A stretch of 60,974 nt of DNA, filler included, from Basidiobolus ranarum (Eukaryota): the NCBI GenBank assembly GCA_040143965.1. It is 10 parts of 10 records of this genome, joined end to end, with 100 filler letters (N's around TTAATTAATTAA, not from the genome) between each part and the next. Parts side by side here need not be neighbours in the genome. Positions count along the whole stretch, not along the records: positions 12,238 to 18,251 come from JASJQH010001436.1; positions 18,352 to 24,364 come from JASJQH010001437.1; positions 24,465 to 30,474 come from JASJQH010001438.1; 7 more parts are not named here. One strand, given 5' to 3'. The translations under genes and the position numbers were made by a program. The notes beneath the pieces are model-generated. The model made no database searches and had not been told where the DNA came from. It saw nothing but the letters and a program-made list of their open reading frames with translations. Of this stretch, positions 12,138-25,354 are shown one piece after another (the stretch's first letter is position 1; the number at the start of each line of letters is the position of its first letter).

Positions 12138-14462
12138 NNNNNNNNNNNNNNNNNNNNNNNNNNNNNNNNNNNNNNNNNNNNTTAATTAATTAANNNNNNN
12201 NNNNNNNNNNNNNNNNNNNNNNNNNNNNNNNNNNNNNACATATTAACAGACGAAACGCGCCTTGAAGAGAATTGATGGCCGCGTAATTGAGTGTTTAGAT
12301 CCTTGTATGAAGTGAAATCACTGCTTCTTGGTTTCTAAAGAATCAATGTGTGAACTGTTAGTCGAACGAGATAGGTTTGGTTTTTTGAACGCAGCAACTG
12401 GGTCTTCATCTCACTGATTATATAGGAGAATTGTGCTAGATTGCAAGCATTTAAAATTGATAAATTTAGACTCAAGAGATTGGCTCTATAGTCCACGAAA
12501 TACATCAAACGATATACCGTTGGTGATCCAAGATTGCAAACAATTAGGTTCATCCATTCACCACCTCTCAATACGCTTGATGCGCACACAGCATTTGCAT
12601 CGATAAGAATCTATATTACTCTGAGTGCTGTTTCATCACCGGTGGTTTTTGGGTGCCAACATGGTGAGTGTAAGCCACTATGAATCACACTCTCCGCTGC
12701 CCTCCAGTATAGCGGCTATTTTGTTCCAAGCCGGTTGTTTTGTCAGTGAATATTGTAAATAATTGGCAATCATTAAATTTAGCCCACAATTGGTGTATAC
12801 ATCACGAGCAGGAGTGATTGGATGACTGGCAGCGAATTGAACACCTCATTAGAATAATAAACAAATAGAGCTTCGGAGACAGAAATTACTCAATATTGTC
12901 AGTGAGTTGGTTAACTTGCGTCTCATGCCTATTTCCGTAGTGGACAACTTCCTCATTACTCGGAATTAAGATTGATCTAAATTAGCTTTCTATTTCAAGA
13001 ACTCACACTCAGACTCCACCAATCGGTACCGATTAAAATGACTCGATAATAAACGACACCCAAAGTTCGGGTTATACTTGGACTGATGATTAAAACTTGC
13101 CACTGACGATCAATTGTTGTCAAATGATTCCAAAAAATATCCGCTAATTCGCGAAATCCATGGTTATGGTTGAAATTCAAGCACCACCAAGCGATCATTC
13201 TCTGGCTCTCTCTTTCGTGTGACAGCACTGGCGGTACATTGTAGAGGTTACTGAGCTGAAGCAAAAACTGTACACAATAGACAAGTTTGAGCCCTCATAT
13301 GGCCGTTGCTCTGGCCTTGGAAAATAGTGGTCTGTAGCCTTGGAGAGTAACTCAAATACATATGGTTGGTCACTCAGCATATGGACAAGATGCGCTGATG
13401 TAACTGTGCTACCCTCACTACTTGCTATTACAGATTCTTCGGCCAGATACGTAGCTTGAACTGAAAGTCAGGGGGATTGGAGTCCAGACAGGATTGAAAT
13501 GTGAGGGGGAGCCAGGCAAATATACTATCATAATGATGCAAGCAAACTAACTTGATTACACTTTGCTAATCACTTGAATTTACCTGGCCTAGTAACCCCT
13601 CAGCTGCCCTCTGCACGAACCCTTGCCTAACTTACCAATTTAGTCATCACTTACTTCACACGAGAAGTCAATACTTATTGGCAAGTGAATCCTCAAATCT
13701 TGATTTCAATTTTGGGAAATAGTATACCCGGGTAAAAGGTTATCTAATATAAGTGATTTTGGTAGTTGGTTGAAGCTGCGATGACGAAGCTAAAATAAGG
13801 ATTATTATAGAAATCTAATAAATGAGATAGTGTGTGTATCCATTCGTACATGGTTACTCAACATGTCCGCGGGGGACTTGGTTACAAACAAGTAAACTAC
13901 CTGTGGGTGTAAATAGTGTCCATTGTGATTACCACCATTGCGGTATTTCTAAAGCACTGTTTAGGCACCTATGGTATAACATTGCCCTTCATTACCAGCA
14001 AATAACATGAATTTTGAATGGCCATCATATGATACATGAAGCGTCAACTCACTAGATACAAAATATTCATCAATGAGTGTTGTGGATTAGCACACTTCGT
14101 GCGAATATAAGGCCTTGTTTATTAATTGCTATCAATAAGACATCAACTAATCTTCATTCACAGGATAACTGTAGACAAGGGCTAAGCTTAGTTTCAGTCG
14201 ATTATAACACAGTATACTCACTTCAAGTGTGTATATACGATATGTTTATGTAGAGAAAATGGTTTGGATGAGGGGTCACCAGTAACATAATAAAAGTTAG
14301 AAATAAAAGTGGCCAAGGTATACCATAGCAAGACTATGGCTGGCAAAAAAACTTTTCTATGACCGTATTTACAATAAAAGGCTAGCTTCGAGGCGTATCC
14401 AGCATTGCGCTATAAAGTGAGGGTTTCAGAGAAAGGCTTCTGCGGTCACCGCAAAAGATTGT

Positions 14463-14963
14463 TTAGGATTGCTCTGAAGGAGCAACGTTAGGTGGCAATT
14501 TCAGAATTTTATCTATACATTCAATAAATATTAGTAAGGAACAATAACCAATATTCACTGACGAGGGTAAACTGACCTTTGTTGTGGACACTGTATAAAA
14601 AGAGTGAGATGGTCTCATGCTCGTTGAGTGTTTGACTGGCAAAATGCTTGGAGACAGCAGCAACGAGTTCAGGACGATTGGATCTAGATTTCACGTTTAC
14701 TTTAAATACACGTCTATATTTTCGGAGAATGTTCATATTGAGAGTGTCAAAGTTCAACTAAACGAACAAAGAGGAAAAATGGTTAATAGTGTCACGGCTG
14801 AAGCGAAATGGAAAATCAATACTTTTGGATGGGCATCGGATTGTAACCCTTGATCGCTTTTCTTAGGAGACAAAATTTTCTTGTCATCCTTTTCTTTGTC
14901 CTTTCCTCTGCTTTTACTTTTGCTAGAAGTGGAGCTCTTGGTGGACTTTGTTTTGGCAGCCAT
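14463..14963 (-). CDS. SAP30: Sin3-associated SAP30-like protein (exons 14963-14823, 14757-14577, 14512-14463)
   Basis: Spliced product contains LNFDTLNMNILRKYRRVFKV...ELVAAVSKHFASQTLNEHETISLFLYSV, typical of the SAP30 Sin3-binding domain; splice phases are consistent. Confidence 0.88.
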
Positions 14964-16756
14964 AGTGAGAAAAGAGGTTAAAAATTATTCGCTAGCTAGG
15001 ATGAATTGAGAGAAATAGAAGCGGAGATTCAATCAACGATTAGGGTACACTTTTATATGCGGAACGAAAAAAAAGGAACTAGCAATTTTGTACGCTGCAC
15101 ACTACAATAGCCAACTCGGAATCATTGGATCGGTGATGGGGTCGTTTTGGATACGAGTGTCTCGAGAAGGAATTCTAAATTGTATATACTTTATCTGGTC
15201 TAAGGAATGTGATTTTTGGCTACTAGAGTTTTGATTGGTTGCGAGAACCACCCTGATGGCTCAAATCTTCTGGTCAAAGAAAGCGTCGAGAGTCAGAGTA
15301 AACAATCCACTGCTACTCATGATCTGAGACATCTGGCAGAAAACGTCAGAGATATACAACAATGATCAGATCTGGTCTGACTCGCCGAGCGGTGATATGG
15401 GTGGTTTCCAAGCAAATCCACACCTACACCTGCACCTGCACCGCATCAAATACCTCCACTGACAAAACTCACCTCCTTGGCGTGTTAACCATAGCATTGT
15501 TTCACGACACCATTGTGATCCGATTTATCAAGATGCAACTCGCAACTAAACTGCAATAATGCCTGATCCAACTATAGTGTTAGACACTGGTAAGCGTGCG
15601 TGCTCCCCAGCATCCTGTTTATCAATGTCTGAAGTAGTCACCACCACAAATCGTCCATCACAAATGATCCTTCAACTGGATCCAAATACATGCTGGGATG
15701 CTATTACTGTGATCAGAAACCTCAACAGAGCCGACCCCTTTGCCCAAGATTCCGCACCAAAGTCTCGATTCAAGCTCTTGAGGCCAGGTTTCCTAGGTTA
15801 GAATCAATGTTTATGAATCACTGACTTTAACTCAGGTTTTCTGCATTCCAAATGGTAGAGTCAAGGGCTGGATCTCTTGATATATTCTTACATTGTCATA
15901 GGAACATGGCATTCACTTCGTATCATACCAACTAGACACGCATGTCAACTGTAAACGTGCCTTAGCATAAGCAGTGATAGGACATGTAGGCCAGGTGTTA
16001 GTTGCTGAGAGGCTTGTGGATGCGATCTCCAATTGAAAACTTGATGTAGTCACGTTAAGGGATGCAGCAAGTCAACGTCTGGTATGTGGGTTCCTTCCTT
16101 CTCTTGCTAGGCTTCCAAGATGGTGTGCTCTGTTCGAGATGATGCTGGTGATCTTGAAATGGAGTGGGTGGATAATACACATATCTATAGCCAATGTTTA
16201 CTTTCTATGCTTGACGGATTATCACTCTGAAGGATCTTTGCCTTATTCGAATAGCCACCGATGCATGTAATGTACAAGAATCAATTACCACGAAAATGAC
16301 GCATATGGGTCAGTTACCAGTTAGGGTGGGAAGTAAGAATCGGCTTCATGTGTACAGATAATGCTCACATCCTAGTATCGACTCGGATATTAGCTGAACT
16401 TAGATATATATGGACTAAATACCAAGCGCAGTCAGGATTAGCCAGTCAATGGCGTGACATAATTTGTGTATTGATGCTTTTGGTGTCAATGATTTGTTTG
16501 AGCATGCGTGATGTTGGATGATCCAATATTGTAGAGGGGATCAGGATCGATTACTCATCCACTTCAAATTCAGTGATTATTCTTATCCGGTCCTTTCCAT
16601 ATTTGGATAGAAATGACGCCTTTTTGAGGAACTGAAATACGGTCATTCGTATAAATAAAATAAGCTTGGCTTTAGTGAGTAAGCGATCTGATAGCTGAGA
16701 ATCACCACTATCTTGAACACTATTCCTCACCATTATATTTCGGAGTAACTCGTTTT

Positions 16757-17839
16757 ATGTCAAGAAAGTCACAAGTGGATATTGTCCTTGAAGAGGATAC
16801 TTTTTACAAAGGATTTGACAGCTCGCTGGGCTTTACCACCCAAGGATACCTATGCTTCACTCCTGCCTCTAACATCAAGGTCAAGAGAATCTACCTGAAG
16901 TTTGAGGGTAAACACACAGTATCTACAGTCACAGGTACGTTTCTTTATTTTTGGTTAATATAGCCTAGTTCAGAATTCCCTTATACCAACCTAAATTTTT
17001 ATGGGTATTTAGACTTTCGCCGTAACGAAGAAATATTCTTTCAACGTGAATGGAACTTCTTGAATAGTGAGCGGGGTCAAACTTTCACAAGTGGCAAGAC
17101 GGTTAAACTTGACTTCACACTAACTTTACCTGGTGATCTACCAGAGACTGTCAAAGCGGAGTATGGCTCTATTCAATACAAGTTTAAGGCCTATATTGAT
17201 ACTTCTATCATGTACTCGAACTTGAAAACTGAGAGGCAAATCTACCTACGACGTCATACGTCTGCTCTACTTAGTGAGCGGTACATTACGGAAACTGCTG
17301 ATGTTTGGAGAGAGGCGGTTTCGTATTATCTTTGCATTCCTACGGCCGAAGTTGCCCCCGGAGACGAATTTCCTCTGAAATTTCAACATCGAGTCTTAAG
17401 CGATATGATACGAGTATTGCTTACATCGTGCATTCTCAAAGAACGTGTGGTATATTATTCCCCCAACGATCCCAGCATCATAATACGCGAGTATGAAAAG
17501 CCACTTGACGCAGCCTTTACTTGGTGCCAGGAAGATCACATGGGTGAGGGAGAAAGAATCATCAATGTAAAGATTCCTTCGATGATCAAGGCATTCGATA
17601 GCCGAAATAAGTGCATTGAAGTGACGCATCGTCTACATGTTCGAGTTGACATCGATTGGAACGGTAAACTTGAAAATGTTCACATCGACTTGCCTGTCGT
17701 TGTTGTGCCCCAAGTGCAAGGAGTCACTGAAGAGTTACCGGACTATAATGCTGTACCTTCCCCACCCTCTTATGAAGAGCTTCTTACCCCTCATCCACCC
17801 ACTTTTGAGTCCATACAATCCCATCCCATCATGACTTAG
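16757..17839 (+). CDS. Alpha-arrestin (ART-like ubiquitin-ligase adaptor); intron 16935-17012
   Basis: IKVKRIYLKFEG, FTLTLPGDLPETVKAEYGSIQYKFKA, IEVTHRLHV, and C-terminal LPDY and PPSY PY motifs. Confidence 0.9.
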
Positions 17840-18680
17840 GTATTCACTTAGAAATATCAACATATGCACCCCCTTGTGTTGAGCTACAATGGAGTTCATG
17901 TACCCACAACATCATATTCATATTCCAAGAAAGCCCATTTTTCATTATTAAGTTCGCGAATTTGTAAATTTTCCATGTAAATCCACCAGCATTTCCCATC
18001 ATTTCAGAGAATAAAGATCAACAGAATGAATCTCATCCGTGAACGTCATATTCCTGTCGGTTGAATTACTGGATTGTTCATGTTGACCACCAACAGGATT
18101 TCAAGTAATTGAGCTGATAATCATAAGATCATGCCACATTCGGATCTAGTGGGTTCGACGATATTAATATGGAATTTGTTTACAGAGAAATTCCATTCAG
18201 ATCCAACCTGTGATCAGTCTAGCAAACTCCACCCGTACGGATCTTGGCAATNNNNNNNNNNNNNNNNNNNNNNNNNNNNNNNNNNNNNNNNNNNNTTAAT
18301 TAATTAANNNNNNNNNNNNNNNNNNNNNNNNNNNNNNNNNNNNNNNNNNNNTTGAGTTTTAATGTCCTTTATTTTGAAAAAGAGATTGAGCGTGAGTATG
18401 TTAGATCATGAACTCGAATCAAATTCAAAGAAATGCCAATTTAATGTATCGTTAATGTATCGAGATAGATTAATATATTTAATTAAAATGAATGAGCTGA
18501 CTGACAAGTTCATAAAAATAGCTTGTAATCCCAAGAAATTTGAGAAAGCTAAAAGTAACATACTCGAAAATAACCAACCTTCGTTAACGTACTTGTTGGT
18601 AATTCTTATAAAAAGATGTGGAATGTCGTTCTAATAAGTCAGTAAATTCTTCCAAAGCTAATTCATCAGCTACTTCTATC

Positions 18681-19478
18681 ATGCTTTTTAACAACAACAC
18701 CAAAGTTTCTGCTCTCAGTTGCCTCATGATAGCAACTGCATTGCTCAGCAGCATAGAGGCGGGACCTATGGTCGCACGCGGTGAGGATAACGCTGTAGTT
18801 GCTTTCAACCACAAGAGTCATTCAATGATGGATGACTGCACAACTCCAGTAACTACTGAAGATTGCGAAACAACTACTACTGAGGACTGCGAAACACCCA
18901 CCACTGAAGACTGTGAGACACCCACCACTGAAGACTGTGAGACACCAACAACTGATGATTGTGAAACTCCTACTGATGATGACTGCGAGACTCCTACCGA
19001 CGATTGTGAATCTGAAGACCACAAAGATGATAAAGATGATTGCGAATCTGAAGACCACAAAGACGGTGAAGATGATGGAGGATCTACTGCTGATGATAAG
19101 CCTGACGAATCTTCCGATAACGGCAATGAAGAGCCAACCGATGATACCACCTCTGAAGACCCAGCTGATGCTACTGCTTCAGAGGATCCCAATGATGATA
19201 ACAACACCACAGAAGCACCAGCTGATGATACCGCTGATGATACCGATACCGCCTCAGAAGCACCAGCTGACGATACCGCCAGTGCTGACTCTGAGGCACC
19301 AGCCAGTGAAACTAGTGATGCCGGTAGCCCTCAAATCACCCCTGGAACTGAGAATGACGTTCCCAAGAAGGCCACGCAAGCCAAGTCAAACACTAGTGGT
19401 GCTGGAAGTACCCTTTACAATGTCAGCCCAGTTCATGCTTTAGCTCTCGTCGTTCCCATGGTTTACATGCTACTCTAA
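18681..19478 (+). CDS. GPI-anchored acidic cell-surface protein with DCETPTTE repeats
   Basis: N-terminal signal peptide, D/E/T-rich repeats, SGAGS omega-like site and hydrophobic C-terminal tail; TATAAAA ~75 nt upstream. Confidence 0.85.
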   Translation: MLFNNNTKVSALSCLMIATALLSSIEAGPMVARGEDNAVVAFNHKSHSMMDDCTTPVTTEDCETTTTEDCETPTTEDCETPTTEDCETPTTDDCETPTDDDCETPTDDCESEDHKDDKDDCESEDHKDGEDDGGSTADDKPDESSDNGNEEPTDDTTSEDPADATASEDPNDDNNTTEAPADDTADDTDTASEAPADDTASADSEAPASETSDAGSPQITPGTENDVPKKATQAKSNTSGAGSTLYNVSPVHALALVVPMVYMLL

Positions 19479-20091
19479 ACGGTGCAGTAATGTGCTCAAA
19501 CACCCCTATATTTCTTCACCTATTTTAGCAGTAATTCTTACTTAACCATACCCAACTTGTGCTTATCAACTTTTACCAAATAAAAGAGATTCTATAATAT
19601 TCCTGTAAACATATCTTTAGTAAATGGCAAATTTTTGGGATTCAAAATTCGATGAATTTTCGGGCCGAAATATTCGATACTCAGTCATATCTCTAATCGC
19701 AATTCTTCATTGACTAATAGGACCTAATCAGGAAATAGATTAATTCTCCTTATTATATCAGGTGAATCGACTAGAATGATTTGTTGACCAAGTTAGCACC
19801 TTAGTTCTCGTTTATGATATCAGCGACTTAAATAGGGACGGTCTACGAAGGAGATTAAGCTTAATACATGTTGCAAAATAACAAGAAAATAATGAAGTTT
19901 ACTATGATAATCACATGAATAGTCTCATCTATCCATCGGAATAGTGGAGGAATTTTTCCGGATTTCCAGAGTTTGGTAGGCTATATATATCATATTAAGC
20001 TACCTACATCAAATAATTCCGAACTATTGCTCACTAAATCTACGTAGTATTGTCAAAATCCTTTACAGACATACTAGAAAGCCAAGACAAA

Positions 20092-21435
20092 ATGACTAAA
20101 GGGAAGAAAACGTTTCTACAGACCAATCTCAAAAAAATCAATACTTTATGGACGGTGTTGGGTACTCTTCTTCATACGTTTAGAGTACATTTCATTGAAT
20201 CGAAGAAACCACAACCCTCCTGGGATTTTAAGATGCATGTGATATTTAGCTTGATAAAAAATTTCATAGTTCGCGGTGCAAAAGAAACTGTAGAAGATGC
20301 GCAGATTCTCGTGAGCAGAGTGAAACCAAAATCTTACAAAGACATAGCCATTCGTACCCTAGTTATCCCACAGGAATATCGTGAACGTGCTGCCAAGAAA
20401 TTCGAAGAAGCATATCCGGAAATTCTGTTAGAACATGAGTCAAAGGCAGGCCCGTTAACTGCGGAATGGATCACTTTTACTGGTAAACAAAGTGACAGCT
20501 CCAAAAAACCGGTTATTATGTTGTATCTTCATGGAGGTGCATACTACCTTGGTTCTGCAGATTCCCACAGAGATTTAGTGGCTGGCTTAGTCAAGAGAAC
20601 CGGAGGTGAAGCTTTAGTAATTAACTACAGATTAGCTCCTCAAGATGCTTTCCCTTATGCCATCCACGACTCCTTAGCTAGTTACCTATATTTACTGGAT
20701 TCCTGCTCAAGAGAAGGCTCGAGAATTGCTCCAGAAAATATAGCAGTACTGGGTGATAGTGCTGGTGGTGGTTTAACTATGGCTTCACTTTTGGCAATTC
20801 GTAAGACTGGACTTGTTGCCCCTGCTTGTGCAGTTGGTATTTCACCCTGGGTCGACTTGACACATTCAATGAATAGTGTCCAATCCAACCGGGATACTGA
20901 CTACTTACCCGGAGGAGGACTACAGAATCATGCGATGTCACCACTTACTAGCGATAAAAGATGGGTTGGACGAAAGCACTATTATGCCCCCAACTCTTCC
21001 TTGGCCCATCCATTAGTTAGTCCACTCTTTGAAGCAGATTTACGTGGATTACCACCACTCCTAATTCAACTTGGTGATGGTGAACTTCTACGAGATGAAG
21101 GCATTTTGTTCTCATTAAGAGCCAGTGGTAATTACCAAGCAATGAACCTCAATGAAGAAACTCAAAACTCTACTCCTACCCCAGTAGCATTGGAGATTTA
21201 TGGAGAAATGCCGCATGTATTTCATGTGTTCAGTTTCACAACTGGTGCCAAAATTGCACTTGATCGTTGTGCTAAATTTGTAAAACAAGTAATTCAAGAG
21301 AAAGAAACTCCCCTTGTTCCCACTGCTCAAACCAACTATTTAACCGAGAATTTCATAGATTATCATGGGAATATCAAGAGCGTAAAGAAAACTGAGGTAG
21401 TTGGTGATGGAAAAACCATCATCATGTCATATTAA
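20092..21435 (+). CDS. Alpha/beta hydrolase, hormone-sensitive lipase (Abhydrolase_3) family
   Basis: YLHGGAY oxyanion motif, YRLAP, GDSAGG nucleophile, ELLRDE and MPHVF catalytic motifs. Confidence 0.93.
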   Translation: MTKGKKTFLQTNLKKINTLWTVLGTLLHTFRVHFIESKKPQPSWDFKMHVIFSLIKNFIVRGAKETVEDAQILVSRVKPKSYKDIAIRTLVIPQEYRERAAKKFEEAYPEILLEHESKAGPLTAEWITFTGKQSDSSKKPVIMLYLHGGAYYLGSADSHRDLVAGLVKRTGGEALVINYRLAPQDAFPYAIHDSLASYLYLLDSCSREGSRIAPENIAVLGDSAGGGLTMASLLAIRKTGLVAPACAVGISPWVDLTHSMNSVQSNRDTDYLPGGGLQNHAMSPLTSDKRWVGRKHYYAPNSSLAHPLVSPLFEADLRGLPPLLIQLGDGELLRDEGILFSLRASGNYQAMNLNEETQNSTPTPVALEIYGEMPHVFHVFSFTTGAKIALDRCAKFVKQVIQEKETPLVPTAQTNYLTENFIDYHGNIKSVKKTEVVGDGKTIIMSY

Positions 21436-21761
21436 AGAAGCGAAATAAATAGTCCATCGCAAATGATCCTTTTATTCCTACTTGATTATCACTTATCTCA
21501 TCACTTCAGCAAAGTGGATAGCGAGAGTAGTGCATTGGTGCCGCTAGATGAATGGAACCCAATGTAGGTAAACGAACGGAGAGAGGAAATCCCGACTTCT
21601 GATGGATAAACCAACTAATTACACTTGGATTGGTCAAAAATGCGATAGATAGGCGATAGAGATGCGATAGTTATAGTGTGTTTGTCTATTTACAAAAGAT
21701 CTAGCGAAGTGATGAAGAACCTTCGTTTGGAAGTTTCGTTTGGCGTACTATCGGTACAAAT

Positions 21762-22993
21762 CTATTCCTTTTCCTTGCCGATACTTTCAGTTGTTAAGCG
21801 AACCATCAGATGCCGTTCTGGCTCAGTATCCGTACTTTCCGGATCATGCTCCAAGTTAGAGCTTTGATCTCTAGACGTAGTCGAAGAGACATCCTCTTCA
21901 TCGGTGAGATTATTCGTATCAGATGCTAGGGATCTTGGCTCAATCCCTTCCAACTGACGCTTGAGAACATCCATTGGCTCACTCAAGACCTGCAAACAGT
22001 GCAGAAGCATTTCGTATTCTCTACAAGAGTACTCGTACGAGTCAACCAGGTCGCTTGTATTGCTATCAGTAACAAACAAGTAAATATGACAATCGCAATG
22101 CTTATATTCAACAGTCAAATACTTGCTCAATAAAACCTTCAATCATGGCCTTGCGCGATCGTAGTTGCTCCAAGCGCTCCGCAGAATTTTGACAAATCGA
22201 ATCCATACCAAAAGCCATTTCATCAAATTCTGTTGAATAGTGGAGACTAAATAGAGTAGAATGCGAGATTAGGGCTTCACCCATGCAAAAGGGGAATTAT
22301 TGGAAATACCTGTCAGCATTCATACTCTGAGAGATGAATTCGGAACCCTGCCCAGGGATAACATGGACTGAGTTGAGTGGGACTGAGCCTGTTTTCTATA
22401 TTTTTTACATATTTAGCAACCCGAGCAGACTGGAGGAGTATAGGCAAAGAAAAATAATAGAGCATTACGCGTTTCTTAGGTGTCTGAGTATTAGCTGATT
22501 CGTTCGAGGCTCGTTTTGCTAGCAATTCTTTCTCATGGGGATGGTGACCTTGAGTAAGAGGAGTTGGGCTCCAGTCCAAGGAATCATCTATTCTTCCATT
22601 GTTTGATTGATTTGTTGGGGGGCTTTCAGCAAGCCTTGTATCACTGACATTGATGTTGGAGTCAAGAATGCACTCTGTTTTAGTCTTATCTCTGACCAAT
22701 TTAAACTCTCGTAGGATCGCTTCTTCGAGTTGATCAGGACGGACGCGCTTATTCATCTCGGAAATGGCCGAGCGAATATCTTGGGCGACCACATGAGAGT
22801 AGAAACCACGCGTTATGATTTTACAAGACTCCGGCTCTGCATGAGATGCTTTCTTTTTACTACGAATGTCTGTAGAGCGATAAATAACAAGGCCTACTAA
22901 GTCTTGAAAGAATCTAAAGCAGTCGGTCATTATTCTATTGGAAAAGTTATCTGCCTCTACATCTGATAACTTCAGTGAATCTTTATGAACCAA
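21762..22993 (-). CDS. Probable multi-exon hypothetical gene; exon boundaries unresolved
   Basis: Two same-strand ORFs (226 and 126 aa) with splice-like signals between and upstream of them; no domain recognised. Confidence 0.45.
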
Positions 22994-24121
22994 TTATAAG
23001 GAATTCACACGAAAATAAATAAGTTCTACCTGAAGTTAGATGGAGTGAATTCGCGGAGATCACTTTTAAGATAGCACTTTGAAACGTTTCAAAGTAAGCA
23101 TCCGCAACTTGGGTGAAAGAAAATGTGGATAATGTTTCGGCGTCGGGATTCTAGTTTAAAGTTAACTCCGAGTTGATACGAAATATGCAAAAGGATCCTT
23201 CATTATCTGTTATCTTACCGAGAACCAGCCTAACACTGTTTGTCCCTGGAAATTTATTAGTCTGCTCATGTTACTAACGAGATCCTTGTTGCTAGAAGAA
23301 TAACAAGTAAATCCCTAAACGATACAATAAACTTTAGATCCTGATCACATTTGAAGATTGTAAATTAATCTTAGGGATCTATACCTTAACGTGCAATACC
23401 AACCCTTTACCAAAACACTCTTCTCTGACACCATACAATATGCCTTGATTGGGGCCTTGACCAAAACATGAATGTAATCGAATGAAGATGTCTATATCCA
23501 AAGTAAAAGTTAAAGTTAAGCAATTGCGAAATCGATGAACATTTATCAAATACCTTTTGGAATGTGTAAAACGGGAGATGTCATTGTTATCAGATCTCTG
23601 ATAGTGCAAGTGTAAAGTATGTTCAGGGAGGATTATTAAAGCGTTTACAATAAAGAACGTCACGAAAAGATACAATTTCTCATTATGATTAAATTAAATA
23701 TCATTCTTAATTTTGATTTAAATTACTCGTAGGTTAAGGAGGTTTTGGGATAGTTTCTGGAAGATTTAGTATCAATTGTATCCATGAAAATTGTTGAATA
23801 AAGTATTACTTGCATTTGTATTAAAATTAATGTGTTTTAGCCATGGAATACTAATTCAGTAATTGATACTGTTCATGATATAGAAAAATCGGTGGATATT
23901 TGCTAAACGTTATCTCTGAAATGAGGTCAACTCATAGTATATCTATATTGTTAGTGGAACTGTCTACTTCAGACCTTTTCGATTATTAAAATTGCATTGG
24001 GCTACCAACTGATAAAGTATCACAAAATACAACGACGACAATTATTCATTTAAATCAGGAAACTTGAATGTTTTATTGGATATTCTCCATAAAGTTTTTA
24101 ATCAGTAAATGTTGATTATAT

Positions 24122-24364
24122 TTAGTTACTGAATTCGTAACGACGTTGGCCCATTTGACGCTTCATACCATTTTTGCCCATATTCATGCTGTCATCAGAG
24201 TTCATATTACCGCGGCCGTACCTCTGGCTCATGTTTCCACGATGACCGTGCTCCATATCCTCGTCATAGTTCATGCTACCGCGGCCATATCTCTGGCCCA
24301 TGTTTCCACGACGACCATATTCCATGTCCATGTCCTCGTCATAGTTCATGTTACCACGGCCATA
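24122..24364 (-). CDS. 3' end of a G/M/R/N/Y-rich tandem-repeat protein, cut by the contig end
   Basis: Open from the contig edge; YGRGxMNYDEDM..xGxRGNMxQR units of 23-25 aa. Confidence 0.7.
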   Translation of the reverse strand, partial: YGRGNMNYDEDMDMEYGRRGNMGQRYGRGSMNYDEDMEHGHRGNMSQRYGRGNMNSDDSMNMGKNGMKRQMGQRRYEFSN

Positions 24365-24650
24365 NNNNNNNNNNNNNNNNNNNNNNNNNNNNNNNNNNNN
24401 NNNNNNNNTTAATTAATTAANNNNNNNNNNNNNNNNNNNNNNNNNNNNNNNNNNNNNNNNNNNNTCTCTGAAGATTTGTGAATATTATTAGACTCAGTAG
24501 GCTTGCCGGCATCATGAGTCTCTGAAGACCTGTTAATGTTGCAAATACCTGAGGACTTGCTAGGATTGCGAGTTAGTGATGACTTGAGAGCTACATAAAC
24601 CTCTGACGATGTCTGAGTATCATTGGTCTCTCAAGACTTATGAGCATTGT

Positions 24651-24897
24651 GAGCTGCGTTACAGGACAATTGTAGGTTTTCAAGATGCGTTACAGGACCA
24701 CAACATGTTTGCGGACTAGGGTTATAGGATAGTTGCATGTTTTTGGACTAGCGTTACAGGAAAATGACGTGTTTTTGAGCTGTGTTACCGGACATACATT
24801 CCAGGACAATTACAAGTTATCGACCTGCGTTACAAGGCAATACTATGCTTACGAGCTGCATTATGGGACAATTGCAAGTTTACGAGCAGGACAATGC
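24651..24897 (+). repeat. Degenerate ~31-nt tandem repeat, about 8 units
   Basis: Recurring GAGCTGCGTTACAGGACAATTG-like core. Confidence 0.7.
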
Positions 24898-25294
24898 CAT
24901 GATTTATTAACAATTATAAATATTTCTCAATAATATGGCTACAAATCAAAACATAAAATTATTATTCTCAACCTATTTGTTGTCATGGCTGCGCGGTAAA
25001 ATTCTTGACCTAATTTCCAGGAAGATGCAGGAAAATTTCTGACCTAATTTCCAGGATATGGTCTTGAAATGACTAAGGCCCATCGATAAAGAGCTATACA
25101 TCATTCCGCAGTGAATCATCACGTGATATGGAACGCTATATAAGTCAATCAGTTTAGGGACTCTGGAATCTTACAACAGTACCTTTCCCTAGTCACACAA
25201 GCAAGTACATAATGACGTGAATTATATAACCTCGCAGCATCAAATAAGAAGCATGTATACATAGTAAAGGGTGTCAGTCACTATGAGCTATACG

Positions 25295-25354
25295 ATAAGC
25301 CGGAACCCAATAAGCCGGAACCCAATAAGCCGGAACCCGATAAGCCGGAACCCG
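25295..25354 (+). repeat. 15-nt minisatellite, 4 copies
   Basis: (ATAAGCCGGAACCCR)4. Confidence 0.95.

Noticed and set aside
12238-13450. Possible decayed paralog of the 7389-9077 membrane gene (DVYTNCG versus DIYSKCG)
   Set aside because: A single short match among many stops is too weak to call
18818-19443. Antisense and alternate-frame ORFs over the GPI gene (likewise over 24146-24412, 30132-30522 and the long genes)
   Set aside because: Shadow ORFs caused by repeats and codon bias
24651-24897. CRISPR-like appearance
   Set aside because: Units are degenerate along their whole length, with no unique spacers and no cas genes, in eukaryotic DNA
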